This document shows positions 63,540 through 64,000 of a stretch of 64,000 bases of DNA, piece by piece; position 1 is the first letter of the stretch; each line of letters opens with the position of its first letter. Position numbers and translations under genes: made by a program. The DNA is from Desulfobacterales bacterium (GTDB taxonomy: Bacteria; Desulfobacterota; Desulfobacteria; Desulfobacterales; UBA2245), in the NCBI GenBank assembly GCA_040771865.1, contig JAXGZF010000007.1, positions 186,001 to 250,000 on the forward strand. The letters run 5' to 3'. The notes below the pieces were generated by a model that saw only the letters and a list, made by a program, of their open reading frames with translations, did no database searches and was not told the origin of the DNA.

Positions 63540-63873
63540 TCATTTCAGAATCCATTGGTGAACCAGTGCCGCGCACATCCATACGCCAAAACTGGACGCA
63601 AGAACAAAAGGCAGCGGAATATGCTTCTTGAAGCACACGAAAGCCGCCAGAAAAAAAAAGCGTGGTTGGCAGCATTCCCCAGATAGCGCCCTTGGTAAAC
63701 TCCTGCATGATCTTGGGATCACCCTTGTTTTCCAGATACATCCAGACAAGGACGAGTGCGCCTGTAAGCGGCATGACGCCGATAAGCCCGGCTGTGGCGG
63801 GGAGTTTCTTCCCGATGGCCGTGGCGGCCAGAATGATCGCCAGACTGACCACAATTTTGATCAGAATCTGCAT
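63540..63873 (-). pseudogene. DUF3147-like small membrane protein, frameshifted in a T9 tract
   Basis: The N-terminal half (MQILIKIVV...GLIGVMPLTG) and the C-terminal half (LAAFVCF...HQWILK) lie in different frames, joined at A9 63651-63659. Confidence 0.8.
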
Positions 63874-64000
63874 TGCTTTCCTTCCTTTTCATCAACAGGG
63901 CGCGCCATCAGCAATTGAGCGCAGAAAAACGGCCGACCGGCTCGGCGGCCCGTCAGCCGTTCGACTTCACCACTTTAACCGCTACAAACGCGCCCTTGCC

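Noticed and set aside
63880..63970. attC-like site upstream of the DUF3147-like gene
   Set aside because: GTCGAAC and GTT boxes exist on the minus strand, but L-box pairing and spacing are not convincing.

Overview
Bacterial chromosomal window, most likely from a Desulfobacterales-type deltaproteobacterium (inferred from protein style and gene order, not from a search). 1-3.3 kb is the tail of an integron-type cassette array: attC sites, PIN-like, HEPN-like and membrane-anchored DEDDh nuclease cassettes and a RAYT remnant, with no integrase in the window. 3.5-23.6 kb is an accessory mix: sigma54-driven amtB, a secreted subtilase, an internally deleted IS3, GT2 and GT-C glycosyltransferases, a truncated IS5, a YcbK-type peptidase, a fructokinase-SPS/SPP-sucrose synthase operon, an HD-GYP sensor, a cupin and UDP-glucuronate 4-epimerase. 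23.7-54.2 kb is the minus-strand ribosomal superoperon (tRNAs-tuf-rpmG-secE-nusG-rplKAJL-rpoBC-rpsLG-tuf-S10-spc-alpha); fusA, adk and map are absent. 54.7-64 kb holds an ISNCY remnant and two convergent cobalamin-riboswitch operons (cobQ plus broken cbiA; a BtuF-CbiZ fusion plus a TonB receptor), an isochorismatase and a frameshifted DUF3147-like gene. The standout observation is a complete ~99-aa parvulin (PpiC-type prolyl isomerase) domain inserted in frame inside the RNA polymerase beta' subunit.
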